A DNA stretch of 51,189 nt from Vicugna vicugna (GCA_013265495.1 MU058718.1:4667438-4718626), one strand, 5' to 3'. Shown: positions 24,136 to 37,544, counted from the first letter of the stretch. Made by a program: numbers and translations. Notes: generated by a model from the sequence alone, not told the origin.

Positions 24136-27013
24136 GTATATAAATTAGTCTTTGTTGCATAAGGATCCGCTGAAATTAGTGGCTTATAAACCCACATTTA
24201 TTAGCTGACACGAAGTAGATGATGGACGTATGGACAGAGCTCTGTCAAGCAGTTCTGTAGTCGGCTGGTGGAGGGGCTGACGGCTGGATGTTTTAAGGTA
24301 GCTTCACTCGTATGTCAGTGGTTGGCAGGTTATCAGCTGGGTATAGATGACTAGTTCTCTGCCACGTGGTCCCTGGTCCTCCAGAAGACATGGGGTTTGT
24401 TCACATGGCAGACTCAGGCTTCAAAGCACAGCAAAGAAAAGGGAAAGCCCCAGTGCTTTTCATCTCTGCTGTTACATTTGATAACATCTTATTTCCCAAA
24501 GCAATCATATGGCCAAGCCCAGCAATCATATGGCCAAGAAGGGAGCAGTAGAGCCTACCTCTCAATGGGAGTAGCTGTATGGTTATGTCACCTAACTCAG
24601 GTACAGCTGTTCACTGCTCAGAAGCCAACACTGGACAGGCAAGTGCTGGCTGGAAGGGAAAGGTTGCTTTATTCATAAGGCCAGCAACCTGGGGAGCAGG
24701 CAGACTTGTGTCCAAAACCACCTCCAAAGATTCTACTTGACCATGAACATTTTTAAAGGAAGAAAGAAAAAGTGAACTGCAGTTAATCATTTGGGGAGGG
24801 GGTCAGAGTCTTCAATATCTTCCCCTGTGTGCAGACTTCCTTCTGATAGGTGGGTGATGTGGTAACTGGGAGGTGTTCCAGGAATCTGGAGGTCAGCCTA
24901 AATTTACCATCCCTCACCTGGGTGGGGGTCTTAGTTCCTGCAGAAGAACTCAAAGATGTATTGTTATGTATATTCCTTGAGGAGGAGCAGGACCCATCTT
25001 TATCACTTCACTATTGTTTCTTTACTGCTCCCCCCTTGTCTCTGCATTCCTTCCCTTCCCTGATTAGCAACTGTCTGAATCTGCCCTTTGGAACTCAGGG
25101 AAGGAGGCGGAATGAAGCTCTTGTCCTACTGAAAAGAAACGGGGGTGGGAGTGGGTGGGAGGAAGGATTTGTACCCAGGAGTCTCCCACAGGGTCCTGCT
25201 CGGTTTCAGTCACATTGCAAAGCAACATTCTGAAAAGGAACTAATTTGTGGCCATTATTATAATCAACTCATAGCCTGCCTTCTGGCCATCAATTATTCA
25301 TATTTCTCTCACATGCAAAACACTTTCAGCTCAGGACCCCAAAGTCTCTTTTTAATTTTGTCACCAGGCTTGAAGTCTAGGATCTTGTGATCTACATCAG
25401 GTCCAGATCTGGCTCCTTGGGTGGGCAGTACTTTTGCTATAAGGACCTATGAACTAAGAAGACAAGTTATAGAGCTGCCTTGTGAGATAGGGCCAGGATA
25501 ACTACAATAGAAATGTCTATTCAAAAGGCAAAAAACAGGAATCACATAGAACTTAATGGTCCAAAGCAATTCTGAAGCCCAGAATTCCTTCTAGGGTCTG
25601 GGAACGATCCTTGAGTAGGGCTGCATTCTGTTCCCTGGGTGTGGCCCCTGAGTCCATTATTCTTCATAGCTCCGAGCTCCATCTTTTACGGTGTCTTTCA
25701 TTTCTGTGAGAAATGGCTGGTGTTTGAGGCCTAGTAGCTTTATGAGTCTGCTTCTTTCTCCTAGCAAGCAGGAGGCCCAGAAGCTTTTCTTCATTTGTAG
25801 GTGTCTCAGTCCACTTCAGTCATCAGAACAACTCTCCTAAAATCTCTGTGAGTTTCTCTAAGACTCTGATTCAGATCTACTCCATTCAGTAAAAGTCTCA
25901 CCTGTGATTCTGTGATAGACCTCTCTCTTCTATGGGAGCTGTATCACGCTTCAGTGGGGCCAAAACTTTAAGGAAAGCACTTTGTATAGCTGAGAGAGCC
26001 TACCAGTCCCTACCAAGAATCTTTCAAAGGTACTATAAATGGGCTTTCAGGATCACCTTGATTTGATCTTTGTCCTGAGGCTGTTTCGTAACTTGAGCAT
26101 CTTCTACTACCTTGAGAGACTGAAATCTGAGACAATTTTTTCATCCAATCCAGCAAGTTGTGGCTCTTCTCTGTAGCTTTTGAATTCTGTTTGCAAACTG
26201 AGCAGTTCTCCTAGCTCCACCTCTCTTCCCACACTTTCTCATAATCAGCTAAAATCAGCCAATGGACCCTTCCAACGTTCTGCCTGGAAATCATCTTACC
26301 AAGATCCACAATTTCATTAGGCTCATTTTCTATCTTCTGAGTTACCATAGGTGATGGTTTTGCCAATTGTTTCTTTATTGCCTGACACAGGTGTCATTTT
26401 GCCTCCTGCTATAGCAGGTTCTTCATTGCTCTGAGCCTCTGCTAACAATTTGCTTTCCGTTTTTCAGAGTTGCCTTAAACTGTATTTGCTGCTTTTCTAG
26501 GCTCTGCCCGCTACCTAGTCTTAAAGCCAATGCTTTAGATTTTAGCCAATGTTTTAAATTTTGGTATATTAGGACTCTAATTCTGGAGTTAGATTTCTCT
26601 CTGTTAGATTTTGCTTTGTAACAAATCATTGCCAAACTTAATGTCTTGAAAGAAGAAACATTGATTATTTCACACAATCTGTGGATAAGTTGGGTGGTTC
26701 TGATTTGGACTGGCTGAGCCTGGCTGAGGGGGTTCAGGATGACTTCTCTCACATGACTGTCAGTTGCCTGAATGTCTATGGAGCTGACTTGACTGAGTGT
26801 CTTTCATTTCTTCTGTTACAGTAGTTGCACTTTTGCAAAAGTATCAGAAAAAGGCAAGCACTTTTTGAGTCTCTGCTTGTATTATGTTTGCCATTATCCT
26901 TTTGATCAAAGCAAGTCAAATGGCCAAGCCCACAGTCAGTGTGGGAGGGGACTGCCAAGGGCAAAGATAGGGAAGGGAGCCATTGCAGCCATTTTTGCAA
27001 ACAGCCTCCTGCA
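24136..27013 (-). mobile_element. Two-LTR MLT1 MaLR element (LTR-internal-LTR)
   Basis: LTR at about 24136-25270 (split by a nested LTR). Internal part starts gcctgccttctggccatc...tctcacatgcaaaacact. Second LTR at about 26600-27013. Confidence 0.75.
24586..25208 (-). mobile_element. ERV1-type solo LTR (623 bp)
   Basis: TG...CA ends (tgtcacc...ggtttca), flanks gtta/gtca as a near 4-bp TSD, and a minus-strand AATAAA at about 24668-24673. Confidence 0.75.
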
Positions 27014-27386
27014 TTTGGTACAGCCAGTGTCCCTTTTAAGATTTTAATCTTCATTCAGTATTTGTTCCATTCCACAGAAAGAAGTTCCTAAGAAGTAGCA
27101 TCTAATGTTTTGTATTTGTATTTTTCCCTACTGCCCAAACCAATGTATGTTTACAATGTTCACGAACAATAAAGGGAACTTTCATATTTGATAGGTGATG
27201 AAGTAAACATTAAAGAATGTTTCTTTCCCCAGTTTTTGTAAAGATCTTATTTGTGAGGAATTGCACGTAATTTTGTATATTCTTTTTTTCACAAAATGTA
27301 GGCGCTCAATTCTTTGAAAACATTGCCAATGATATTTAGTTAACATGAAATTTTTTCTTTTTTTTGTCTAAGAAGCAAAAACGTTT

Positions 27387-27485
27387 GGGGGTGGAGGGAA
27401 ATAGCTCAGTGGTAGAGCGTGTGCTTAGCATGCACGAGGTCCTGGGTTCAGTCCCCAGGACCTCCATTAAAATTTTTTTTTAAAA
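27387..27485 (+). mobile_element. Vic-1-like SINE
   Basis: atagctcagtggtagagcgtgtgcttagcatgcacgaggtcctgggttcagtcccc. Confidence 0.92.
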
Positions 27486-27581
27486 AAATGCATTCACATT
27501 TACTGCATTGTGGTATTAACAATAATAGCTCTTACTGCTTAGAAAACCAAAACCAAAACAACCTGAGATCTTCTAAGTTTT

Positions 27582-27699
27582 TTCCTTAATGGAGAATTGG
27601 GCTTCTAAGTTTTTCCCCTTAATGGAGGACTGGGGATTGAACCTAGGACGTCATGCACAACAAGTGCACACCCTACCCCTGAGTTTTACTGCCCGCTCC
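27582..27699 (-). mobile_element. Diverged Vic-1-like SINE
   Basis: ggggattgaacctaggac...ctgag. TSD agatcttctaagtttt on both sides. Confidence 0.8.
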
Positions 27700-27903
27700 A
27701 AGATCTTCTAAGTTTTATATTGACAGTGCCCCATCAAGAATTTGCAAGAGAAACTCCTAATGGTAATATCATTTAAAAAAAAAAAAGCAGCTGAGCAAGA
27801 TAGTTGAATAGAAATGGAAAGCAATTAGCAAGCAGTTTAAAAAAATTAGTCTGGTGAGGAGCAGGTAAACCAAAAGAGTTATTAAAAAAAAATCCTTGTT
27901 CTA

Positions 27904-28364
27904 TGTGATGGTTAATTTTATGTGTCAACTTGACTAGCTATAGGGTTCCAGATATTTGGCCAAGCATTAGTCCGGGTGCGTCTGTGCAGGTGTTTTGGAT
28001 GAGATTAACATGTGAATAAGCAGACTGAATAAAATGAATTGCCCTCCTTATGTGGATGGGCCTTACTCAACCAGTGAGAGGCCCGAACAGAACAGAAAGG
28101 CGGACCTCCTTAATAGGAGGGTGTTCCTCCTGTCTGACTGCCTTGAGCTGGGACACCAGTGCTTTCTTTCCTTTGGCCTTTCTGGGTCCCAAGCTTGCTG
28201 GCTTTCAGACTGGAATACACCATTGGTTCTCAGCTTGCTGTCTGCAGATCTTGGGACTTGTCAGCCTCCATAATCTTATGAGACAACTCCTTATGATAAA
28301 CTACACACACACACTCACACATACCCTATTGCTTCTGTTTCTCTGTAGAACCCCAACTAATATA
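27904..28364 (+). mobile_element. MLT2 (ERV-L) solo LTR
   Basis: Starts tgtgatggttaattttatgtgtcaacttgac and ends ttctgtttctctgtagaaccccaactaatata. Confidence 0.9.
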
Positions 28365-29659
28365 GGCTAGAAGGTTAATTGGAAAGGAAACAACAAATAG
28401 AATTAGAAAGAGGCTTCAGTTGATGAAGTTGTCTTTTAATAGAGAAATCTATAAGTGCCATGCTAGAAAGAGAGTAACTATGCCTCCTCCCCCGAGGCTC
28501 TTCTAGTCTGGAATTGACGAGAGGAAGATCTGAATGAAGGTGCAGTGGCCGCTACGCAGTTCACTAGTTTTTATGTGAATTATAAAGCTTGGATATGACA
28601 GAAGAAAGCAAATTACAGGCTGATTTGAAGATGTTTGGCAATACCCAAAACCAACAGGGGGAAGGCATGCACACAGCAGCAGGCAGTGGGGAAACCCAGC
28701 ACGAAGGATGGCAGCGAAGGGGCTGCAGGGAAGGAGAACTTGCTAAATTCAGAATCAGCTTCTGCATAAATGGGAGTTGGCAGAATGGAAAAATGCCTTA
28801 CATATTTCTAACAAAATATTAACTACTCTGGAAGCCAGGCTAATGCTTGGGCTTGAGGAAATCAGGAGATAAAAGGAGAGCAGAATTAGGAGTTCCCTTT
28901 TAAAGGTGCTTTAGGGGTGGATATTATCTGGAAAATGGTAGCTTAAATGTTTTGGGGGTCACTAATGTTCAAATTAGAAAGTTCCTGAAAAATAAGAAAT
29001 AATTACAAAGCCCATTAGAGTTTTATAGTGGTTGTGGGAAAAACAGTAGAAATAACCTTTCCAAATTTAATGAGGGAGTACATTCAAAGGCAAATTTTGA
29101 TGCAGTGAGAACGCATTTATAACAGAGGGATGTTTTGTTTAATTCCTGTTCACGGAGGGTATTTGTGCCTCGTATAGAAGATGAATATAGGTGGACTAGG
29201 CAGGTTATTTTCTTTTATTAGATGTTCAAATGAAGAAAGTTGGAAGACAATGATGATGAGAATTTTAAAAGAATTTATAAAATAGAATTGAGTTTGGAAT
29301 TCTTATAACTAAAATGTTACATGAGAAGTTTTTTCACATTATAGAAGACTTGGACATTGGGGGAAAAGTCACCAAACAGTCCCAAGACCTCAACTACTAT
29401 CACTGTTATTATTTTGATGTATTTTATTTCAGTATTAAAATGTATTTTTAAACATAGTTTTAATTCTGATCAGTGCATAGTTTTCATCTGGCTTTTGTCA
29501 TTCTATTATAAACATGCAAGAAAGATTATAATTTTAAAATATTCAACATCCTTTTCTCTTTTTTTGCTCTAGTGGGTACCCAGCTTTTGTTCCTAACTTC
29601 CCTAGGCACACAGAAGTCTGAGGTTGCTACAGAGTAAATGCCATGCCCCAGGCTGGAAG

Positions 29660-30035
29660 GTTAGATGCCTGTTGGTTGCTTACTCCATGTCTATCTCACT
29701 GGTCTTTGCGAGCAGAACACTGATTTTGTTCAGGTACCGTCCTCCTTTACATGATTCAGGGGAGGGTGACCCAGTCTCTGGCTTGAGTCCTTCCTTCATC
29801 TGGGCCAGAAGACGTGAGGGTGGCGAGTCTTTTCTTGCTCTTAAGAAGACACCAGCAGAGATGGTCCTTTTAACATCACGTCTAGGGTTGTGCCTATGGG
29901 TGGCAGAACCAAGTTATGAAAGGAACCTAGAATGATATTGATAAGCCTAAATCAATTAATCCTGAAACCTCTGGCTTCTGTTGAAGCACATTTGAGTTGA
30001 ATTTTTTATATCCAAGGATAAAAGATCCTAACTGA
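29660..30035 (+). mobile_element. Ancient ERV-L LTR relic (LTR33-like)
   Basis: agcagaacactgattttgttcagg...ttgagttgaattttt...aaagatcctaactga. Confidence 0.4.
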
Positions 30036-31179
30036 AAGGTGGAGGTCATATTTTGGTTTGACATTCAAAATAAAATTATGCAGTAGATCAAGAACAGCGC
30101 GAGTCAGGCTTGAGAGATTTACTACATTCTCTCACACTCTCTCCTCCCCCCAGCATACTGACCACTGAATCTGGAAGATTTAGTTCGAGATGTTCTCCAA
30201 CTGTGTAGTGGAGATACTCCTGCAAACCCCTAAGACTTACATGGGAATTAGAAGAAAGAAGATATGTCTTAGGGACAATAAAGGACATGGTCAACCTTTC
30301 TGGGCTCAAGGGACTGTGGGAGGGATGAGGAGAGAGGGAAAGAGAAAGAGAAAGGGGATGAGAAAACAAAGCATTCAGATATGAGTTTCCTGCGCTCCTT
30401 TCTCTACTTTAGGAGTGGAGATCCATTCTTGGGGGTCATCCTGAGCAGAAAGAAGGGGATTATTGCCTTTTCTCCCTTTGGCCACGGCCAGGGGGAAAAG
30501 TAGCCTAAGATGTTCAGGCAAAGGGCAGGGAGGTGAGATTAACTTTTTAGGGAGTAGTTCCTGGGCAGCACAGACGCTAAAACAAAAGCCAGTAGGCCTG
30601 TAACGGGTTTACGTAAGGTGGAGGCAGGGGTGGATGCTGGGCCAATGGGCTGGGTGGGAACTGGCTGAGGCTCTGAGTTCTTCAGTGTACACCCCAAGGG
30701 AGTCCTACTGGACTGAAACAAGAGAGACCTGACCACATGTTATACCAGTGGAAGGACTCATCCATGAATGCAAAGCAGGGCAGTGCTGAGGACAGAGGAT
30801 GAGAGGCAGCAAACAGTTAAGTCCAGCCAAGGCTAAGGGCCCCATTCTCTCCCCTCTTTGCCACCATGTACCGCAGTCCATCCTCTTATAAAGAGAAACA
30901 GACTAGCTGACAGAACAAGCAATTTTATCCAAGAAAGCCTGAATAAAACCCAAAGGGAAAATTATCATTGTTATTATTAAATGTTTAGATTGGAGAAAAT
31001 CTCAACAGATTAGAAAAGACAGAATAGAAAAAAGTGATTTCTTTCTCATTTACTCAATGAATGGGAGCTCAGTAGGATGACCAAATTAAACATAGGCAAA
31101 ATAAGGATATTACATTTTCCTCTGTATTTCCAAACAAAAGTGTGAGTTAAATTATATTTTTTTCTGTGCTTCAACCTAG

Positions 31180-31600
31180 TCCTTGTTGCTGTAATTTATA
31201 ACAGTGGCACAGTAGTCCATTAATGTTATATATTTTATGATTAGGTTTAATGACTTACAAGCATTGTACATTTAGGTGAATGTAAATGATACAATGACAA
31301 ACATCTTTGAGCAGACAAATTTTTCTGCATTTTGGGTTATTTCTCGGGTTATATTTCTGCAACAGGTTTGCCTATTCCAGCAAAATGATTGTTTTTGCTT
31401 TTATGCTGAATTCTTCTCCAAGAAGCCAATTCCAATTTACCTGGCTGTTAGTGCCAGAGTCAGTTACAGTTTCCTATCTTCTCTGGCATTTAATATTATT
31501 AAATCTATTTTTAAAATATGGTAACTGAAAAGCATTTCTCTTGTTTTAATTTGCATTTATTATTAGGTCCATGTAACATATATATTTTTCAAAAATTCCT
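31180..31600 (-). mobile_element. Ancient L1 fragment
   Basis: atgacaaacatctttgagc...ccaattccaatttac...cttgttttaatttgcattt. Confidence 0.5.
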
Positions 31601-34171
31601 TTTCATCTGTAATGATTAATGCTTATAATTTGTTATTTCCTTATATGCAATATCAAACATTTCGTACTTTTAGAAAGCCAGAATGGAAATGTTTGTTTAC
31701 TATAAAGTGGTTAGTAGATTTGATACTAGTACTCTTGGAGGACATTAAGACACAGTTTTGCTGTTGCAGGATACGTTGTCTATTTTGTTTTTATAATCCA
31801 AAATAGAATTGGCTGATCAATTCGTAAAATATATTTAATTCCAGCTGCGTGTTGTGTCCTTAGAGGACATTAGGAAGGATGGAAAGCGGGTGCGGCTGTT
31901 CAGAAGCCCCTGGCGCAGCTCCGTCTTGGGCGGGCTCACCTGGGGTGAGGCCCCATCCCTGAGCCTTAGCACATTTCTACCCGGTCCCCCCTGGTTGCCT
32001 GGCACCGTAACCTCCTTGACAAGTTTCCTGGCCACAACTTACAAGAAGGAAGTTTTATAAAACAAACAGTATAATCTCCCACTCTTGAAAATCATCCAGC
32101 AGCAAACATTGTCAAGTTTCATGGCTTTCATCTCTTTTCCTTTGCTCCATCGCCTGCGGTGAGTGTGTCCCAGCAGGCGCAGGCCGCTTGCTTGACCTGC
32201 TCTGTGGGGGTGCAGGTTCCTTTCTTCTCATCACATCACTCCACACTGTGTGAGATTCCTGTGTCATCCGACAGAGTGTCACCACCCTCCTTTGGAAGCC
32301 AGCATCTGAGGAGATGACAGAGGAGTCACAGGGTGACTGAGACCTCTCCCTGACCCCACCATCCTTCTTCACTTCCCACAAATAGTGTGACGTGACCTGT
32401 CCCCACATATCTGTATCTTGGTGACCCTCAGTTCACTCTCATTGGACACTGATGAGAAAAGCAAAATTGCTGTCAGTGCTTGCCATCTGGGGAGCCTGCC
32501 TCCAGCTGCCCCTGGAACAGACCTGCCCTGGGGAGGACCGTCCGGATCCCCAGGCAGTCAGTCCTGAAGGGTGAGATCAGAGGTCAGAGTTTTTCATCTA
32601 GTTAAGGTGGGCTACCTATAGAAATACTAAGATTTATCACATTAAAAAAATCTAAAACAATCCTACAATATTAAAGAAGAAAGTGAAAACAGAAAGAAAA
32701 AGCAGCTTTATCCCACCAAACAAAACTATTTTAATAACTGTATATTCCAGGTCTTTTTTTTTTTTGCCAGTTTCTACAGATCTAAATTGTAATGTACACA
32801 CAGTCTTGCAGTTTGCATTTTTGTTTCTGTGTGTATACAAACAAGTTTCCATGCTGTTACATAGTGTTGCACAGATATGGGTGACTTCACAAAATCAGAC
32901 ATGGTGACACCGGGCTCCTGGCCAGTGATTGGCCCAGAGGTGCCCAGGTGACCCAGCTGTGGCCAATGTGATGTGACAGCAGTCTGCCAGATGTGTTTCT
33001 AGGAAAGAGGAGATGCAGAGGAAGGGCCAGCTCTCCTTCTGCAGGACGTGGTTGTGTTTGCAAATGGTGCTGGTTACTCAGCCACCATCTTGTTACCAGG
33101 AGGCCAACTACAAAGCCAGCAAACACACTGCGGATGGCAACTGTTTACTAAGTACTGTTATGTCCAAGGTGTGCTGCTGTGAGTAAAATGAACACATCAT
33201 GGTCTCCACTTCCTTGAATGTTACAATCTACTGGGGAAGACAAAGAGTCCTAAAAAATTACAATACAAGGCAGCACGGTGCTTCTTTCAGCGCTCTTATT
33301 GTTGAGCTGGGCATGGAAATAAAACTCTCCAGTGCTTTACCTGTTGGCAGTTCTACGTTAGAACCACCTCTCCGTGGTCTGATGGGATTACCACATATCA
33401 CTGGGTGTAGTTGTCTCATTTGTAGAATGAGGAGTTCAGACTATTTGGGGTCGAAGTCTCTTAATTATTAATAAGGTAATATTTTATATTTCTCCCAGTC
33501 TGGTAATAATAACCTGGCATGTGAACAACTGAATTAATGACTCCCTAGAGTTATTTTTTTGTTTGTTTGTTGGAGGGGATTGCATTTTGAGAATGTTGGG
33601 AAATTATGTAAATGTAAAACAACACAGTGAAAGAAAAAATGGAATGTGCACAGATGTTTGGTAGGCAGCTGGAATTAGATATACTTTGCAAATTGATGGA
33701 ACAAAATCCAGCCAATTCTATCTTGGATTATAAAAATAAAATAGACAGCAGATTCTGCAACAGAAAAATTGTGTGTCCTGGAAGAGCTAGGAATTGGAAG
33801 GTGGCCTGAATGACATCTTCAGGATTGTGAAGGGCACAGGGCTAATCGTTCATCTTCTTCGTTTTGTGTCCCCCCTCCCCATCAGTTCAGTAGGTCAGTG
33901 GTGCTGATTGGATGATGAGTCAGAGCACATGAAAAGAAACCTATTTCTACTCTGGGTTCTCAGCACATAGATTTATTGCCCCTGTGTTCATTTCAGCAAC
34001 AAATATAGAACCTAGACTCAAAATGACAAGTTTACAAGCAAAGCAGGGTCTGCAGTTGAACACATACCCCAGGATAATGAAATTTTCTCCTTGGAAACCA
34101 AGTTTTACTTTAGAGTTTAAGAAAGAAAACCAACCCTGTACAGTATTGTCTAGTTGGCTAGATCCACACTT

Positions 34172-34299
34172 TATTGTTTATTTTAGAAATATTTTTGAGA
34201 TAGGTTTGTTTATTTATTTATTTATGCAGGTACTGGGGATTGAACCCCAGACCTTGTGCACACTCAGCATGCGCTCTACCACTGAGCTAAACCCTCCCT
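34172..34299 (-). mobile_element. Vic-1-like SINE, long-tail form
   Basis: ggtactggggattgaaccccag...gcatgcgctctaccactgagcta. Perfect 15-bp TSD gctagatccacactt at 34157-34171 and 34300-34314. Confidence 0.93.
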
Positions 34300-35499
34300 G
34301 CTAGATCCACACTTCAGATATGTAAACATGGCTTTGACATACTCCAGTGCCAGATCTTTTGGTGCATCAGTTATTGTAGGACTGCCCCCAAATTGCCTGA
34401 CTTTGCTTTGAAAACTTTGCATTCCTCGAATTACTTATTGGGAATTTACTAGAAAAAAGAAAGTAAACCAAACACTCATCACAAAAGCAGACACAGAAGG
34501 AACAGAATTTAAACTTAACGTTTGAAGACAGCCTTCCCTCTGTGGCACGTCTCAGGTCAGAGACTCCTCTGCTCTGAAGTCTATTTCTTCAGTGGAAAGT
34601 TTGGAAGTTGATGACTGACATTTGGAAGATTTCCCTTACTGAAGATGAGCCCTGACCAAAACTCTGCTGCTGGAAGTCGAAGGTCTTCCTCTCTGCAGAG
34701 CTGTTAGAATGTTTAAGTCCTTTTAGGTCACAGCATATCCACCAATTAAATTTGAGCTTCTGTCACGATTGGGTTAAGAGCAAGCTTGAGCACCCATTGG
34801 CTTGGAAACATTAAGACAGACTAAATTTAAATTATTGGATGTGATTAGAGATTAACAAAATGACATTTGAAGTACCCACAGAGAAAGTATCTTACCTTAT
34901 GGCAACTGCTATCTGTGTTCAAAATGGCCTGAAAAAAGTACCTTCATTTTTCAATTAAAGAGAGCAAATGCAAAAACAAAATGTAATAAATGCTAATCAA
35001 ACGAATAATACTTCAAGGCCAAAAAAAAAAAAATGCCCTCTATATTATGGCCACTTTTTTGGACACAGTCTTTTCTGATTGGCTCTTGTAGACACTAAAA
35101 AACAAAACAATACAAAACAAAACTTTTTTTCTAGTTAACAAAATAATTCATGCCTGTATAAGATCTGTGTTATGCAAATACATAATGGAAGAATAAAAAT
35201 ACTTCACAATTTCACCCTCAGAGCTAATCATGATGTCAGTTTGCTGTGTATTCCTTCATGTCTTATTATTTTGTATTCTTTTAACACTTTTTTTCAAATG
35301 TGTGTTTATTTTCTTTTATCTTTTTTCAACTCTCAATCTTTTCATTTCACTCTTCTTTTTAGTGGCTGAAACTATGTCATGTTTAAATGGTCTGTAAATT
35401 TTGATAGCATATATGAAAATGTTTATTTTTCAGGATAAAATAGGTGACAGAATTTATGGAAATAATGGAGGTAAATTCATCCGTCTAGGAAGAGTAGTC

Positions 35500-36500
35500 T
35501 ACAATGCCATCTCCACTTTCTCATTGCCTTTTGTGTTCCAGCCTGGTTTCTGCTGGAGTTACTTGTTAAAGTCAACAGTGACTATGTTGAAACCAACGAA
35601 AAATTTCTGTCTTCTGTTTACTTGCCCTCCACCTAATTGCTCCTTCCTTTTTATAAAATTCTCTTGGTGTGTGAAATAACCATCCTTTCCTGACTTTCTG
35701 CCTTCCTAGCTGGCCTCACTGCACTAGTTAAGCATACTGGAGGTCCTCAGGGCTGGATCCTGGGTCCTTTTCAGATCTTTACCCTCTCCCTTGACGTGGT
35801 GATCATTTTTGTGATTTTAAGTACCATCTCTATGCTGGAGAGTACAAGTGTCCAGATGGCCGGACATTTCTTCAGGACTCACGATTCATATCTGACTGCC
35901 TTCTTGACCTCTCCCTTTGAATGTCTCACATGCATCTTAAACTTAGCATCACAAATGAGCTCTTGTTTCCTTTCCAAATCTGGCTCTAACCAGTCTTCTC
36001 CATCCTGGCAAGTGGTTCCCTTGTCCACCTGGTCACTAGAGTGGTCATCTGGTAGTCATCTTTGACTCTTCCCTCTGAAATGTCTTGGATTCGTCTACTT
36101 TTCTCTTCCTTTACCAGCCCGACTCTGGTGCCAGCCACCATCATCTCTCTACTTGTCCCTTATATTCTGCTCTAACTCTATTCTATTCTAACTATGATAG
36201 TCAGAGTTAAAGCACAAATCAAGCCACTGTACTGCTACAAATCCATCAGAAGCTTCCTAGTGTTACCAAGAATACAGTCTGACTTTTTACCATGGTGCAC
36301 GGGATGCTCAGTTATCCAGATCGTGTTTTCATCTTCATCCTCATCTCACAGTACTCTCTCCTTTGCTCATTCTACTTTGTAAAAAGAAACCTCCCAAGCT
36401 CCTTTCATTCAGAGAGCCTTTGCCATCATTCATTTACTTATTTATTCGCTCAAATCATCCATTTGGTCAACAAATATTCACTAAGCCTCTCCTAAGGAGT
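35500..36500 (+). mobile_element. L2 fragment(s)
   Basis: ggaggtcctcagggctggatcctgggtcc...taccatctctatgct...gaatgtctcacatgcatcttaaacttagcat...tagtcatctttgactcttcc. Confidence 0.7.
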
Positions 36501-37544
36501 ACCAATCACTGGTTTAGGTGTGGTCATATAGGGTTATTACACGTGTGAGTTGGCATTTGGACACACTGAGAAGAATTTGCCTATGAAGATTGCAAAAATA
36601 TCTTTCTGGCACTCCTAGTTTCAGTCAGTTCATTTTAAGAAAAGAAGGAGTTGGTATATTCTGTTACCCTTGCTTTTAAGATATTAGAGTCAGAACTCTA
36701 CCGTCTAAAAAAACCCTGTGATCTCAAGAGGTAACCTATTTTCATGTCAGTTTTCTGTGCTTCACCTCTCATACGTATATCATAATGGCTCATGTTTATG
36801 GTTTTTTTTTTTCATTTTTAAGAAGTTTGCATTGGGGGAGGTGCATCTTCTATTTATCTTCAAGGGGACATCTTGATTCTGTACTTCACAGCCAGCAATT
36901 TGAAGTCACTATTACACTAGGAAAGCAAATGGACCAGAGCCTAAAGGGCAGGTCCAAAATCATATGAAAAATGACAATATTTTACAATGGAGAGAATACA
37001 ATAATTATACATTCAAACCTCATCGGCCGCTGAGGTATCATTTAGTAACGTCCCGCAGTTGGCTTCCCAGCGGGTGCACTCCAAATGTAATGATGTGCTT
37101 GTGAAGCCTTTCTTTACAGAATCATTTCTCAAATGTGTACAAATTGCTTTGTGCCAGCATGGAGAGCCCTTTTAGCATTTCAACTCAGATTTCAGAGGAA
37201 GACTCATTAATTAGGACTTTTTCAGCCAAATTCCCTGACTGACGGAAAACTGATGACACATTACTGAGATGATACTAAAGTTCATCTTTAGTATCTGTGA
37301 GAGATGTGTATGTGTCTGTGAGAGAGAGATCTCTTCAAAGCTGAAATTTTCGTTCCCAAGTTTATGATGCTTCACTTCTGTTGATTTTATGTCTTGTGTC
37401 TCCAGCTAGTTGAAAAAATCTTGAGGACAGGACAAAATCATTATTTTCCTTCCTTGCTCCCTCTCTCCCTCCCTCCCTGTATCTCCCCAACAAACACACC
37501 CATGGTTTATAGTACATAACAGTAAAGAATAGATACTCAATGTA

